Below are positions 13,098-26,923 of a stretch of 64,000 nucleotides of DNA, piece by piece (the stretch's first letter is position 1; every line of letters begins with the position of its first letter). This DNA comes from Octopus vulgaris (taxonomy: Eukaryota): NCBI GenBank assembly GCA_951406725.2, contig OX597831.1:82336001-82400000 (forward strand). Reading direction: 5' to 3'. The translations under genes and the position numbers were made by a program. The notes under the pieces are model-generated. The model searched no databases and had not been told where the DNA came from. It saw only the letters and a list, made by a program, of their open reading frames with translations.

Positions 13098-13640
13098 TCA
13101 TCATCATCATTTAACACCCGCTTTCCATGCTAGCACGGGTTGGACGATTTGACTGAGGACTGGCAAACCAGATGGCTGCACCAGACTCCAATCTGATCTG
13201 GCAGAGTTTCTACACCTGGATGCCCTTCCTAACACCAACCACTCTGAGAGTGGAGAGGGTGTTTTTTACGTGCCACTGGCACGAGGGCCAGTCTCGCAGT
13301 ACTGGCAACGGCCATGCTCAAATGGTGCTTTTTACGTCCCCACCGGCACGGAAGCCAGACAGCTGCTCTGGCAGTGATCCTGCTTGGATGGAGCTGTTAG
13401 TGCTCCACTGGCACGGGTGTCAGTCATCGAATTTGGCTCAATTTCGATATATATATTTATATATATATATATATTACACATACATATATATATATATATG
13501 ATGGGCTTCTTTCAGTTTCCGTCTACCAAATCCACTCACAAGGCTTTGGTCAGCCCAGGAAAAGACTTGCCCAAGGTGCCATGCAATGGGACTGAATCTA
13601 GATCCATGTGGTTGAGAAGCAAGCTTCTTACCACACAGTC
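12875..13640 (-). mobile_element. S1 SINE split by a nested RTE 3' UTR fragment (13096-13445, minus)
   Basis: S1 tail at 12875-13050 and S1 head at 13500-13640. The RTE tail ((ATC)n...ttccatgctagcacgggttggacg) lies between them within a TA tract. Confidence 0.78.
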
Positions 13641-13857
13641 ACACTTGGGAAATAATTTTCATTTTTTTCCCATTGATTTTAATTGGTCAATGTAAAATTT
13701 TTAATTTCTAATTAATTGCAGAGTACTTAATGAATAAATGCCTTGATTAGATAAGGCGAGTGTTGTGAGAGGCATGCACGCACCCCCCCCTCTTTAACCC
13801 GTTCATCCACCAGTTGTGTGCTGTTGTTCAATATGGCCAACTGTAGAACATACTTAC

Positions 13858-13938
13858 GTGGAATGGGATAAGCAAATTTGTTTGGATGACTTGTAATTAA
13901 TGTGTTTTTGATGTGCCTTCGTCCAACACCATGTGCGC
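13858..13938 (-). CDS. CASK: CASK GuK P-loop-region exon ([27 protein letters not shown]), 81 nt, phase 1-1
   Basis: Acceptor ttccaccag, donor CAC|gtaagt. Lies inside ORF 13727..14062. Confidence 0.96.
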
Positions 13939-14159
13939 CTGGTGGAAAAGACAAAATTTGGAAGAAAAATGAATTGTTAGATACATTTTGATAATTGCTA
14001 GGTAGGGGTGAGGGTGGGGGAATTGTTAGGTGGGGGTGAGGGTGGGGGAATTGGTAGAGCAAAGGGAAAAAATTTAGTATTCAGTTACATCCCTTTATAC
14101 TGCATGTTCAAATGACATCGAGGTTAATAAATACCAGTCAACTATTGGGGTCAATTCGA

Positions 14160-14465
14160 GCATTAGACTGCAGCCATGATGTGGCACCTTCTTGAAGGGT
14201 TAAATTGACCCCAGGACTTATTCTTTTTAAGCCTGGTACTTCTTCAAACATTCTCTTTTGTCAAAGTTCTAAGTTACAGGGATGTAAACAAACCAACACT
14301 GTCAGGCAGTGGTAGGGGACAAACACACACAGATGATTGATTTCTTTCGGTTTCCATTTACCAAATCCACTCCTAAGGCTTTGACACTCATGCAAGGTTC
14401 CACGCAGAGCGTTTGAACCTGGAACCGGGTGATTCAGAGGCAAATTTCTTACCCCGTGGCTATGC
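14160..14465 (-). mobile_element. S1 SINE, diverged
   Basis: Similar to the reverse complement of 58459-58868. Confidence 0.7.
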
Positions 14466-15905
14466 CCTGTCTCTAAATGATTCTGATATAAAAGTAGACA
14501 CTGACAGATGATGCTGTGGAGATAATTCAAGGTAGGAGACAGTAATTACAATCAGTGTAAAGAGATAAAAAGACAGGTGATGAGGTTAGCTGGTAAGTGA
14601 GAGGAAAGCGGTTCAAGTCTTAACAGTGCTTAAATCATTTGATATTATCAAAGCTATTTTGTTTGTTGTTTTGTATTGTTTCGATGAGTTGTCTTTATAG
14701 AACGCATCACACACAGTTTATAGATTCTATAGTTGGATTTACTCAACTATAGAATCTGTCAAGAGAGATGTTGTGGAGTCTTACATGCCTTGACAAAAGG
14801 GATAAACATATCAGTTACATTAATGTCCATATTGTCACTGCCTCAGTTTGATTATTTTCATAAATTGGTGGTTGGTTGTGTCTTTTTTTTTTTAGTATGG
14901 TTTGAAGGAAGGGACATAGTTTTTGAGTGATGTGGGATTGATGCTGTGGTTAAACCTCAGGGACTGCAGGATAAATGTGTGCATAGAAGGGAATTTCCAA
15001 CGGAAGAATTACTTGTTGTGGTTAGGGTGGGTGAATGCAAATGGACAATGGGGGTAGAGACAGAGCCCAAGGGCAAAGACAATGTTTACATGGGTCAGAA
15101 GTTGGAGTGGTATTGACCACCTGGTCAGTTCAGGATATTGTAGAGGATGTGTGTGTGTGTAGCCTCATTCCAGATGTGTTTCACCTGAGTTTTGTAGAGA
15201 GTTTGTTGCTGTTGTTGTTGTTGCTGGCCCTGAAGAGGAAGACCAGAACCAGATATCGTTTTGCTTAGTCGAAGGTGACGCCTTGCATTTGTGGTGACTT
15301 TAAAGGGTTGTTGTGTATGTAATATGAATAATGACTATTGAATAATGACTATTCTTTTACTGGCGAGGGAGACTAGACAGGCACAAGATGTCAATTAAGT
15401 TATTACAAGGTTAAGGAGGAATGAAGAGTGATAAAACTGGGTCTCATTGGTGAGGGTTAGTAAGTCTTAGACATAAAAGACCAGCAGTGAAGTGTATGTG
15501 GAGGGGGAAACCAACCCATGTGTTGATAGTGTGGATCAGGGAGAGAGAGAGAGAGATAGAGCTCTCTATTGGTACACACACACACACACACACATTGTGA
15601 TATTGGGATCTGACAAGAAACTATTGACATGAGAGGTGGATGGAGCCCCTTGGTGTGAAGTTTTGCTGGGAGTTCTCATTTCTAAGTGATAGTGACATGT
15701 ACTCACGTCACAAAACAAAATACACAATATTATTTAATCAACTTATGAAGTCCAGCTGTGAGTTAGAGAAACTTTATAATAGAGGAGGAGGAGGAGGAAT
15801 TATTGAAAGGTAAATTTGGGTTTGTCACAGTCAAAGGGAGATAATTATTTTTGTAGTGTTTCAAAAAAAAAAAAAGAAAGCCTTACTAGGTTGATAGTGT
15901 ACTAC

Positions 15906-16143
15906 GTGAGGAGTCAATGATTTGCCCCCCATCTGGTGAGGAGTCAACGATTTGTCCCCTATCTGGTGAGGAGTCAACGATTTGTCCCCCATCTGGTGAG
16001 GAGTCAACGATTTGTCCCCCATCTGGTGAGAAGTCAACGATTTGTCCCCCATCTGGTGAGAAGTCAACGATTTGTCCCCCATCTGGTGAGGAGTCAACGA
16101 TTTGTCCCCCATCTGGTGAGGAGTCAACAATCGGTCTCCCATC
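15906..16143. repeat. 30-bp minisatellite, ~8 copies
   Basis: Unit GTGAGGAGTCAACGATTTGTCCCCCATCTG, head-to-tail with no spacers. Confidence 0.97.
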
Positions 16144-19100
16144 AGCAGATCTGCACTGAGGTTTCTCTCTCTTTTTTTTGTGTGTGTGTCAAAGCTCGTT
16201 TCAGAAAAGTGCTTTATGTAGGTAGGTAGGTACAGACCATTGCTCAAAGAGCAGGAATATGCTATAATTAATGAGTGTTTAATTAGATTTCAGCCCTGGA
16301 TTTAAATTGTGAATGCTATAACCATTTCCTTTCAAGGAATCATTTACAAACAGTTAACTAATCAAAAGAAGAACTCATAGAAGAAATCCTTATTCTGTTG
16401 GCAATTTGGTAGAGCTTCACATACAACACCTTGTACTATGTGTTCTAGCTCTCTCTCAACTCTGAGTTCAAATCCCACCGAAGCCATCATTGCATTTTGT
16501 CATTTGGAGGTTGGCAAAGCACCAGCCAATCACTATGGCTGATTCTTCTGGCTTTCTGGAAGAGGTCATCTATGTCTAAATCTTAAGAGAGAGATGATCT
16601 TTGTCCAGTTTAAATTGGCCAAGACCTGTTGTGCATTATGAGAGTACCATCAGGAGTTAATGAGCTGAGAAAGGAAGAATTTAATATTGACTTTTTAAAG
16701 GCACTGGCCGAGTATCCCTATGACAAAAAGCATTTCAATTATGACCATCTTGTCTTGTTTGGGACATTCTAACTTATAGACAAAACTAAATGGTAAGCCA
16801 GGAGGAAAACTTGTAAACAGAGGTAGTGCTACAGCATGGCCTTATAGGGGTAGGGGGTATATATTCTTTAAAAGCATATTTTATTTTGCAGCTGGAAAGA
16901 ATATAACATGGCCAACAGAGATACGGCACTACGATATCTTGTTAATGTAACTGTGTGTTACAGAGACAGAACACAGCATTCTGGTGTCTTGTTGATCGTC
17001 AAAGATTTGTTGGGTTTTAAATATTCATTGTTTTTTCCAAAAATCCCTAATTGAAAGGAGGTTGGGTAGCATCCATAACAGTTACTAGGCTTTCTGAGAT
17101 TGATGGCAGGAAGTGAACAGAACTGGAAACTTGGCTTGTAATAGATTGGGTTTCACTGCAGATCCCTTACAACCGAGTGATAGAATTAAATTGGATGATA
17201 GATTAGATCTAACCCCTGGGGAAGGATTAGTATAGTTCCAGCATCAAACTTCCATAAAGTGGTGTCTACTAAATTTTTACTCTCAAGACTTCGGCTGACC
17301 TCAGGCTATGATAGAAACCATCAGGCAAAGGTATCACATGACTGGATCAAAACAGAAACCATTCAGTTGCTAAGTGACCGTCTTAACCATACAGTTGTCT
17401 CCCTTAACTACACAGCCATTCTTCTCCCTACAAATTAGTTGTGAGCAATAAATAGGGTGTGGCTTATTTCTTGACGTTCACCAGGACGGTGCATAATAGG
17501 GTTACTGATCAGTGGGGACACACAAGGAACCTTTCTGGGTTTTGTACAGTCCAGAGAAGGGTGAGACACAAATTTCTATGATGAGACTAACAAAGGGTCT
17601 GGCTGGGTTTGGAGGATATGTTCAAAAGCTCAGAGCCCATTGTAGTAGCAGTCTAAGGGCTTGTAGTTTAAGTTTTGGGTGTTCAGCTCTCAATCATAAG
17701 GACATGGGTTCAATAACTGGACTGAGTGGTGAGTGTTTTTGAGTCTGACACTTCATGTCACACTACAGGAGTAGTGTGACATACAAACCAGCACAGGTTG
17801 CTGGCATAATTCTCTCTCTCCCTCTCTCTCTCTAGTTGTTACCTCTTGGATGTTCTTCAAGATCAAAGATGGGAGGGCTGAAGGGGTGTCTATGTCTATT
17901 CACGACTACACACACACACCTAAAACAATAAAAGCATGGGTCAGGTAACTAAATCCTATTTGCATTCATGTGACAACTGGATGTACATAAAGGATTAGAG
18001 GAGGGTGGGTATAGGAAAACTTCTGGCATTGGGAATTCCAGGGATGGCTGCAGGATAAGGGTCCATACTTCTAGAGTTCTGAGAGGTGTTGGTGCTAGAG
18101 ATAAACTCGTTACAACCTGTAATTACATCTTGAAAGTTGGCTTAGTTCACGGAGAGTTTAAATAGCATCATTTCTGATTACTTAACATTGCTGTCATATT
18201 TGTAATGGATGTTGGCAGTTGTGTAGGCAACCATTCTGTGGTGGTGGTCTTGGTTGTATAGGCAATGGAAGTGGTAAAAGAGGTGTTACTGGAGGTGATG
18301 ATGGTCTTCATGGTGCTTATAAAAGTAGTGATGGTACAGGTGGTCATAAAGGTAGTTGATGGTGGCGGAGGTGGAGGTGGTGGTCATGGAAGTAGTAGTA
18401 GTAGTAGTGTTTGTAGTGGTGGAGGTGTTTGCAAGGGAATCATGTGCAGTTTCCATGTTGATACCATATTTCTATTAAATGCATGTCAAAGAAGTGACAT
18501 CTCCTTCTCCTACCTCATATTTCTCTCTCTCTCTCTCTCTCTCTCCCCCTCCTCCTGTTTTCCCCTCTCTCTAGCTTCTTGTCTTTCCACCTCTGTTTCC
18601 CCCTCCTCTCTCTCTCCTAACCCTCACTTCTCTTCTCATGGATTTAGGCGAACAGCAAGTTGGTGTCAAATTAAATTAGTTTATAGAAGAAATACTTTCG
18701 ATAGATTTTGTGCTTTGACTGGGGGTGGGTGGGGTGGGGGGGCAGAGGTAGTTTAGAGAGAGAGGTACATAGGTTGACAGGGAGGGGGGAGGGGGGAGTT
18801 CGTATTCCTTGAACATGTTCGAGTTGAGTTGCTATTCGAAGCAATGGAATATAATAAGATTAAGCAAATAGAGTGGGGGGTGGATAGGTTGAAGTGGATT
18901 GCAGCGGAGTGGAATGGAATGACAAAGGATGGGGGGGGGAGGAGAGAGAGAGAGAGAGTGAGAGAAGGAAGAAATTGTGGTGGAGAGAATTTGTCAGCCT
19001 AAAAGCACAGACACAATGAGGGGGGGGGATCATGAAATAATGATGTGGGAGGAGGGAGGAGGAGGAAGCATTTGCATGAATGTAGAAGAAATAAGGTGGG

Positions 19101-20026
19101 AAGTGGAAACGGAGAGACAAACACAGATATGGACTCACAAATGCAGGCATAGAACCTGACACGCAGTTAATTATATACATAAGCATACGTATTCATATAG
19201 CTTTACAGATGCATACACACACACACACACACACACACATTCGTGCTTACAAATGCAAATGCAAATAGTTATACTTGGACAATTCATTTGTTTTCAGGAA
19301 GTAAAGAATATACAAGAAAGATTGATAAAACTAAAGAAATTGAGAAATGTGTCTGTGAGAAAGGGGGAGAGGTGAGAAAGAGAGAGAGGGAGAGATGAGT
19401 GTTTCTTTGAGTGGTGTTTTGTCTTTGTCAAGTGGACCGATGATTAAAGATGTCCTGGCCATGATCATCCATTCTTTTTTGTATATCCTTGCAGTGTTCC
19501 ATGGCTTGGTGTTTGAAGCAGACCAGATGCAGTGAGGTGATTGCACACCAAGGTGACACTTTCTCCATGAAGCTCATGGCATTGGTAGAGTTTTAAATTA
19601 TTCTACTCATTGTATTTTCATAGGCTTTGTACAAATAGCAGAAAAGCATTGTTTAATGAATGAACAGAGTAGGAGATGGCACAGAAAAACTAATGGTAAA
19701 ATAGTTTCTGTGATAACGACAAACATTTTCTCACAGATCATTGCAATATAACACAATAACAATCTTAATTATTGTAATGACATAATAAATATTACAGCAG
19801 TTGCAGATGCGTGTATGGTGTTTGTCTTTGGGTGTACGTCTGCCTATTCTTGTCTGATACGGGTCCTGGAAACAAAAGTTCCTTGAACCCATGTTGAGTG
19901 CCTTTAGTAGAGCCCTCTCTGTTGCAGGTGTTCCACTCAGATCTTTGCCCTTCCTACCCATCTCTGAGGCTCAGTAAAAGGGTCAAGAGTATGATTATAG
20001 ACAATAATCAACAAAATCTTCCTCAC

Positions 20027-20167
20027 CTAAAAGGACCAGTGTCTTCCGTAGAAATGCCGGTAAACGCGCGACTTCTTCATAAGTAACTAAATCCAATTGG
20101 TCAAAAATGGCATTGAGTTTGGCTAAGTATTTGTCTTTTTTTTTCCGTCCAAACCACGAACAGTGAC
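20027..20167 (-). CDS. CASK: CASK HOOK/GuK-start exon ([48 protein letters not shown]), 141 nt, phase 1-1
   Basis: Acceptor tcttccag after a long pyrimidine tract with GCTAAC, donor TAG|gtgagg. Lies inside ORF 19995..20276. Confidence 0.96.
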
Positions 20168-20798
20168 CTGGAAGACAGAGAAGAGAAGAAAGAACGTTAG
20201 CATTAAACAGTATAACAAACGAGTTAATACACACATATATACACACATATACATATATACATGCACGTGTATACATTTATATACACACATCGTGAATATG
20301 TATTGACACATACAGTGGGGTGTCAGTACATAATTGTAAGGGTGTTATTAATGTTCCTCTCATCTGGTGTCCTTGTGGCAAATAAAAGAAATCATTATTA
20401 TTGTTATTATTATCATTATTAAGTTATGCAATTGTTTTCTGGTATTTGTTGTGACTTTTTTACTTTTTGAGTTCAAATTCCACTGAAGTCAAATTTACCT
20501 TTCGTTCTTTCAGGGTCAGTGAAATAAGTCACTGGTCAATCACTGGGGTTAGTCATATCAACTTGTTCCCCTCCCCACCCCATCTACCAAATTTCAGGCT
20601 TTGTACCTAAATTAGAGACTGGTATTCATTATTCAATTCATACCCCACTGAGATTAACTTTGTTTTTCATCCTTTGAAGTCAGTAAAGTACCAGCTAAAT
20701 ACTGGTGTCAGTCTTGCTTCTAAATCGTTTGGATGATTTCATTTATGACCTTTGGTTGTTGTTAAAAGATATCATTATTGCTAGCACTGGGCTTGTGA

Positions 20799-20882
20799 CT
20801 CTATTCCATGTAGTGTTACCTGTTGTGCTCTATTCCATGTAGTGTTACCTGTTGTGCTCTATTCCATGTAGTGTTACCTGTT
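20799..20882. repeat. 29-bp tandem repeat, ~3 copies
   Basis: Unit CTCTATTCCATGTAGTGTTACCTGTTGTG. Confidence 0.92.
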
Positions 20883-22986
20883 TTTTTCCAAGAGTTCCTT
20901 TAACTGTAGTTACACCTTGAGGCATAAAAACAATCTCTTTATCTGCCAGAATATAAAGCAGACATAAAAGCCGATTCCAAAATGTAAAATATGTTAAAGT
21001 GACACTGAACAATGTTTATAGAATAAAGTCTGGAATGTGAAAGAAATTCGGTAAATATGCTGAGTTAATGGAATATTTTCACTTTATATTCCAGGACTTG
21101 ATGCCAGAATAGAGAGAAGAATTTTTAAAAAATAATTAGAATATCTTATCTCACAACATATCAATTAGTTTTGTCTATCTTTAGAGGTTAAAGCAATCAT
21201 CAGGTATTGTGACTAAGATGGAAATAATTATGGTTTATATTCTACATTATTATCAGATTGTTGTTGGGTGAATGGGTAGGGTACTAGGCAGAGAGTGAAG
21301 TTTGTGGTTTTGAGTTCAATTCCAACTGTGGATAGTCTATTGAAATATTGTTCATCTTCAGCAGAACCCTTTAACAAATACCATTTTATTGTCAAGGAAT
21401 TGGCAGACAGGATCGTTCTCTAATTTTAGGCTCTTAATCCACCTTCAACAGGTGACTATACCATGTCGTGTTATCACATTCAACAGGTAACAGTTCCATG
21501 CTGTGGTGCTGTTTCCTAAGCCTTTCTTGTTGTTATTGAGAACCCTCACTCTACCAGGTATGCCTTGATCCAATGATCAGACCTTACAGTCATGGCCACT
21601 TTGTCAAACACTGTAAATTATCTGTTCAGTTTTAAGAAGGCAGTAATTGATTTAAGGTTGACTCGGCTACTATTTTTAGTTGATCAAATGATTTTAAAGG
21701 TTCTCTCTTTGGCTTCTAAGCTTTCCCAAGTGTTTGTAGTTGACAACACATGAAAGGCCATATTATTTACCTATACAAAAAGGTAGCAAGCGAGCAGAAT
21801 CTTTTGAGCATGTCTTGAGATGATTTATAAGTTCAAATCCCACCAAGGCCAACTTTACCTTTCATCCCCACTCTGGGGTCTGTAAAATAAGGAACCTGTG
21901 TCTAGTACAGGGGTCATTCTAAATGACTAACTCCTTCCCCTCATAATTGCTGGCCTTGTGCCTCAACTAGAAATCATTATTACCTGTATTGAAAGCTATA
22001 CAGGTATTATTACATGTGTATGCAGTATTACAGCTCGGTACTAAAACCTTTATGCAGTATTACTGCTTATACACTATTACTTTACAGCTGTATAGTATTA
22101 CATCTTACAAGTACATAAAAAGCTACATAAAAAACCATTTTGCAACTCTGCAGTTTAACTACTTTTATCAAGCAGCATTGAAAGAGATATCTTCGATATT
22201 TTCTCCATTATTGACTGTTTCATTCCATCACTGTGAGGCTTCTTCCTATATCTCTGCAAATCAGAAGATTTACAGCAAAAATAGACTTCATAAAAAGAAA
22301 ATAAAATAAAAAGGCATAATAAACGAAGAAAAAACAAACAAAACAACTGAATCTAATTGAATATGGAATCTATTTTTTTATGTCTTCTTTGCCGTGTAGG
22401 AATATCAAAGCAACAGTTTCAATATGGAACACACTCTGGGAGTCCATTAAACATTCCTCTAGTTTCACGGGGTGAAAGGAGAAAAAAATATGGAAATAAA
22501 AGAAGAAATGAAGCATCTTTTCAGGAAAATCACCAATTTAGAACCTGTAACCATTAGAAGAATATCAGGAATAGATGCAATGGCATGTGGAAATTGGACA
22601 GTAAATTTACTGCCAACTGCTGATAATGTCATTTTATAGGTGCCTTAAGTCAGCTTAATACCAGCTTTATTATTATATCAGCTGAAACATCTATCTGCCA
22701 TTATATTCCTCTCGGCACCTTCACAACTTTCCCATTATTCAATGACACATTTCTCCCAACATTATCTACTTTTCGAAAATCCCTAACTTGCCACTTCATA
22801 TTTCTACTGCTGTCTCCTTTTATTTCAATTTTCTTTTGTTTTGCATAGATGACATCTTAATCTTTGCTGACAGCCATTTTACTTGTGTGTGTGTGTATGT
22901 ACACACTCACACACACACCATGGATACTAATGCTGAACCTGCTATTTTAAAGATAACATATTGGACACTGCTGACTTTGGATTTTT

Positions 22987-23213
22987 AGCGAGCTGGCAGA
23001 AACGTTAGCACACGGGGCTAAATGCTTAGCAGTATTTCGTCTGCTGCTACATTCTGAGTTCAAATTCCGCTGAGGTCGACTTTGCCTTTCATCCTTTCAG
23101 GGTCGATAAATAAAGTACCAGTTATGCACTGAGGTCGATGTAATCGACTTAATCCGTTTGTCTGTCATTGTTTGTCCCCTCTATGTTTAGCCCCTTGTGG
23201 GCAATAAAGAAAT
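22987..23213 (+). mobile_element. tRNA-derived SINE, family S2
   Basis: A-box-like TGGCAGAAACGTT and B-box GAGTTCAAATTCC. Central gcctttcatcctttcagggtcgataaataaagtaccag. Several copies in the window. Confidence 0.85.
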
Positions 23214-25602
23214 ATATAATATGGTAGAGTATATTTGTGTGTGTGTGTGTGTGTGTAGGTAAGTACCACCAAGAAAAGATTATTTAACACTGTTGAATAT
23301 TTGTGTTAATGATTAGTGACATCTCAATCTGCATTAATCAGTCCCACCATCAATGGATCAGCAAATCTGATTCTTCAGAGGATGTTGATCGAAGCGATGA
23401 AGCAGCCAATCCTTTAAAGAAGGATGATTGCCAGTAACGCTCATTCTTAGTTTAGTCTGTCTAGGTCATGTGATGGAAAATTGCTAGGCAACTGGTAGTA
23501 GCTGTAGTGGTTGGGGCTGAACCAGGGACATCTTTGATGCAATAGAAAAGAACCGTATCTCTTGTTTTCAGTTCCAGTGGAATTCCAGTAAAGTCTCAAA
23601 GAAACTAATGAGACACGGTTGGCAAATGACAGGGAACTTTGTATTTTGGTCTTCAAACTACTGTGACTGAGTTCCTTTTGAGCATTGGGCCTCATGAGGG
23701 CAAAGTGGCTGAGCACCTTTTAAGTGTTGGGCCTCATGGAGGCAATGACCAAGACCTTTGGCATTCTGTCGTGCTTGAGAAGAAGACCCATGAGGGCCAA
23801 GCTTTGTTTTAAAGTAAAGGAAAGATAATTTAATATGTTCGAAGACAAAGGAGTAGTAGAGAGATTGTGAACACAGTATGTATGCGTAATGTTCACAAGC
23901 AAAGAAACTGAATGAACTTCTGCACATATCGATCAGCATTGCAATAGATGAACTCTTGCAGCAATCACTGGGAATGCTTAGTTTTCATTTTCCATAATTA
24001 ACTTTTAAATTTATACTTTTTCATTTAAAAAAATACCCAAGTGAGAGATCATTAAATGATGTATTGCTGTATATGTTTGTATGTGAGTTTATGTGTGTTT
24101 TTATGTGTTTGTATATATGCAGAAATACCCTTGGTTGGTGCCAGGGTACACAGTAAAACCAGTGGGAGTAAGGGACACCCCCCCCCGCCACTAGTTGTTG
24201 TTGTTGTTCTAGGAGAAGGACACTGTGATGTAAACCTGTGGTTTCCCATGATTGCTGGTCATCTCACATCAGCCCTTTCACTGGGAACTAATCCCTGACA
24301 CTCACAAAGTGGTATTCATCAGTGGTACAAGCACTTATCACAATCATCCAGTGGCACTTATCTGCTTGTGGTCACCTCATTTGTCATTCCGGCCACTGAA
24401 AGTCCTACGACAGACACTCACCTAACCTGTTGGAAGGGCACTGCTGGTTAGTCTGTCACTTCTGCTTCGAACCATGCAGGTTTGCAAAGGGAATGTATAG
24501 TCAACCGAGAGGTCATGGATGGATAGTCAGAAATACCATTGACAGTGAGGAAGCACAAGGAGATGGCAATCATTTGTGAAAATGGAGCAATTACCATATA
24601 TATATATATTAGGTGCAGGTATGGCAGTGGAATTAAGTTTGCTTCCACACCATGTGGTTTGGGGTTGAGTTCTACAGTGGCACCTTGGACAAATACCTGT
24701 TACTATAGCCTTGACTTCACCAAAGCCTTCTGAATGGATTAGTAGACAGAAACTGACAGGAGCCTCTTGTATGCTTGTTTTTTGTGTTTGTTTATTTTTG
24801 TACTTCTCTGAAAATTGCACAAAACGATGTTGCTTCACTTCTCCAGTCAATGGGCCACCTACCAGCTTTGGGTATTTGAAGGTTTGGGTGGCATAAGACA
24901 TTCCTGACACGAAAAAGAATTAAGGTTTAGTAAATGAAAGGGTATGTGGGTGTAAAACAGTCCCTTGATATATTTGTCTAACACTGCAAGCATGGAAAAA
25001 TGGAAAAATGGACCAAAATCTATTTCTTGGTATTCAGTCACTATTTTCAATCTTTTAGATTGCAAGTATTCTCAGTTATGTCCTTTGAAAGGCTTCGAAA
25101 TTAATTACATCGACTCCAGGACTCAATATGGTGTCTTTTTATTGAATAGCTAAGTCCTTTGGTGCAAAGAGACATAACTCGGTACTACAAGTTATGTTTG
25201 TTCAATGCACTGCTTAACACTCACACGTGCCTAGGCAGCTCCTGTCAAACTGTCCAACCCATGCCAGCATGGAAAGCAGACGTTAAATGATGATGTGTGT
25301 GTGTGTTTGAGAGAGAGAGAGAGAGAGAGAATGGCTTTGCACAATTTCCTCCCCACAAAGCATTGGTTAACCTGAGGCTATGTTAGCAGTGACTTGACTA
25401 ATGTGGAGCACAGAGCCATCTTATTGCAAAGCAAACTTCTTATCCGCTCAGAGATTATACTTTTTTTTTATTGATCTCTCCTTCAGAGGTTAAAACTATT
25501 TCAAGACGTCCACTCACCCACCCATCAACCCACATTTTTCACAAATGCCTAGAAATAAAATGAAGACTACTTTAATATTTGCATGCATAAAATATATTAT
25601 GC

Positions 25603-25662
<60 letters not shown>

Positions 25663-26010
25663 GTACTTATGTATTTGTGTATAAATGTGTGTCTATGTAA
25701 GTCTATATATATATATGTATATATGTGTATCTATGTATATATAAATGTATGCATGTTTATATGTATGTGTCTGTGTGTATATATGCACATGTATATATGT
25801 ATGTGTATGTATTTGTGTGTGTGTGTGTGTGCATATGCACATGTATAACTGTGTGTGTGTATGCACATGTATATAGGTTTATGTACGTATATGTATTTAT
25901 ATATATGTATATAGATAACCTTAATGAAATGAAGGTTACATTGTTGCTTGGAATTTCAATGTTAAGTCACTGACCACTGCAGTGAGTCAACATAGAAACT
26001 GCAGGTGACT

Positions 26011-26041
<31 letters not shown>

Positions 26042-26857
26042 TGTATATTGATCATTCATTTTTATACATTTTGAGATCTGGTTATGTTTTATAAAAGTAT
26101 ATTTTATTGGTTATTTATGTTTTGGTTTATGTCTGTCACTGTTTGAGTTGCATAGAAGTGTTTTTATCTCTAATTTATATTTTATATATTTATATTGTGA
26201 AATTGGATTAAATACTAAATTGAATTTTTCCCTGTAAGTTTGGAGTTATACTCCCTAATATTATCATTATCATTATTATTATTGTTATCATTATTATTAT
26301 TATTTTGTTTTGTACACCACCTGTCTTTGTCTTTTGTTTTTATCGTAAACTCTCCCTATATATAACATACATAGCATTTATTCTGCACAATGTTTTAATA
26401 CCTCATCATAAAATTGAGAATAAGCTGTAACGATGTATAATGCTATTTCTTTATAGTCATATATCATATCTGTCTGCTGCAGCTACAGAATGGTATGATT
26501 GGTGTAGTGCAGTAGAAGCCAGGTACCACATACTGTGAGAGGAAATGGTGGAGATAGGGTTCTGTGACAAATGACCATTAGAAGAGGTGATGAGGTTAGA
26601 TGTATATAGTGCTGCTCACAGACAAGATAAATGGCGAAGTGCCATGCATAGACCCGTCATAAAACCACAGTAGCTTAGAAAAGCATTCACTAAAATCTTA
26701 ATAAGTTGTGATAGATTTATCATTTTAACATCCATTTGTCTTCTCTGTTTAATTGCTGTGTCTCACCACCCTCGTCAGACATGTTATTATGGTTTTTGCA
26801 TGCGGATTAGAACCTTGTGTCACCGAGAGAGAGAGAGAGATAGAGAGGGAGAGATAG

Positions 26858-26923
<66 letters not shown>

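Noticed and set aside
15906-16143. 30-bp repeat as a CRISPR array
   Set aside because: Units are contiguous with no unique spacers, there are no cas genes, and the context is a eukaryotic intron.
18265-19186. ORFs of 163 and 108 aa
   Set aside because: Derived from GGT, CT and GA low-complexity tracts, with no recognisable domain.
22435-22458. 24-nt phase 1-1 microexon candidate (EECLMDSQ) in the HOOK intron
   Set aside because: Good pyrimidine tract but weak donor (AGA|gtgtgt) and no homology. Such matches are expected by chance in 20 kb.
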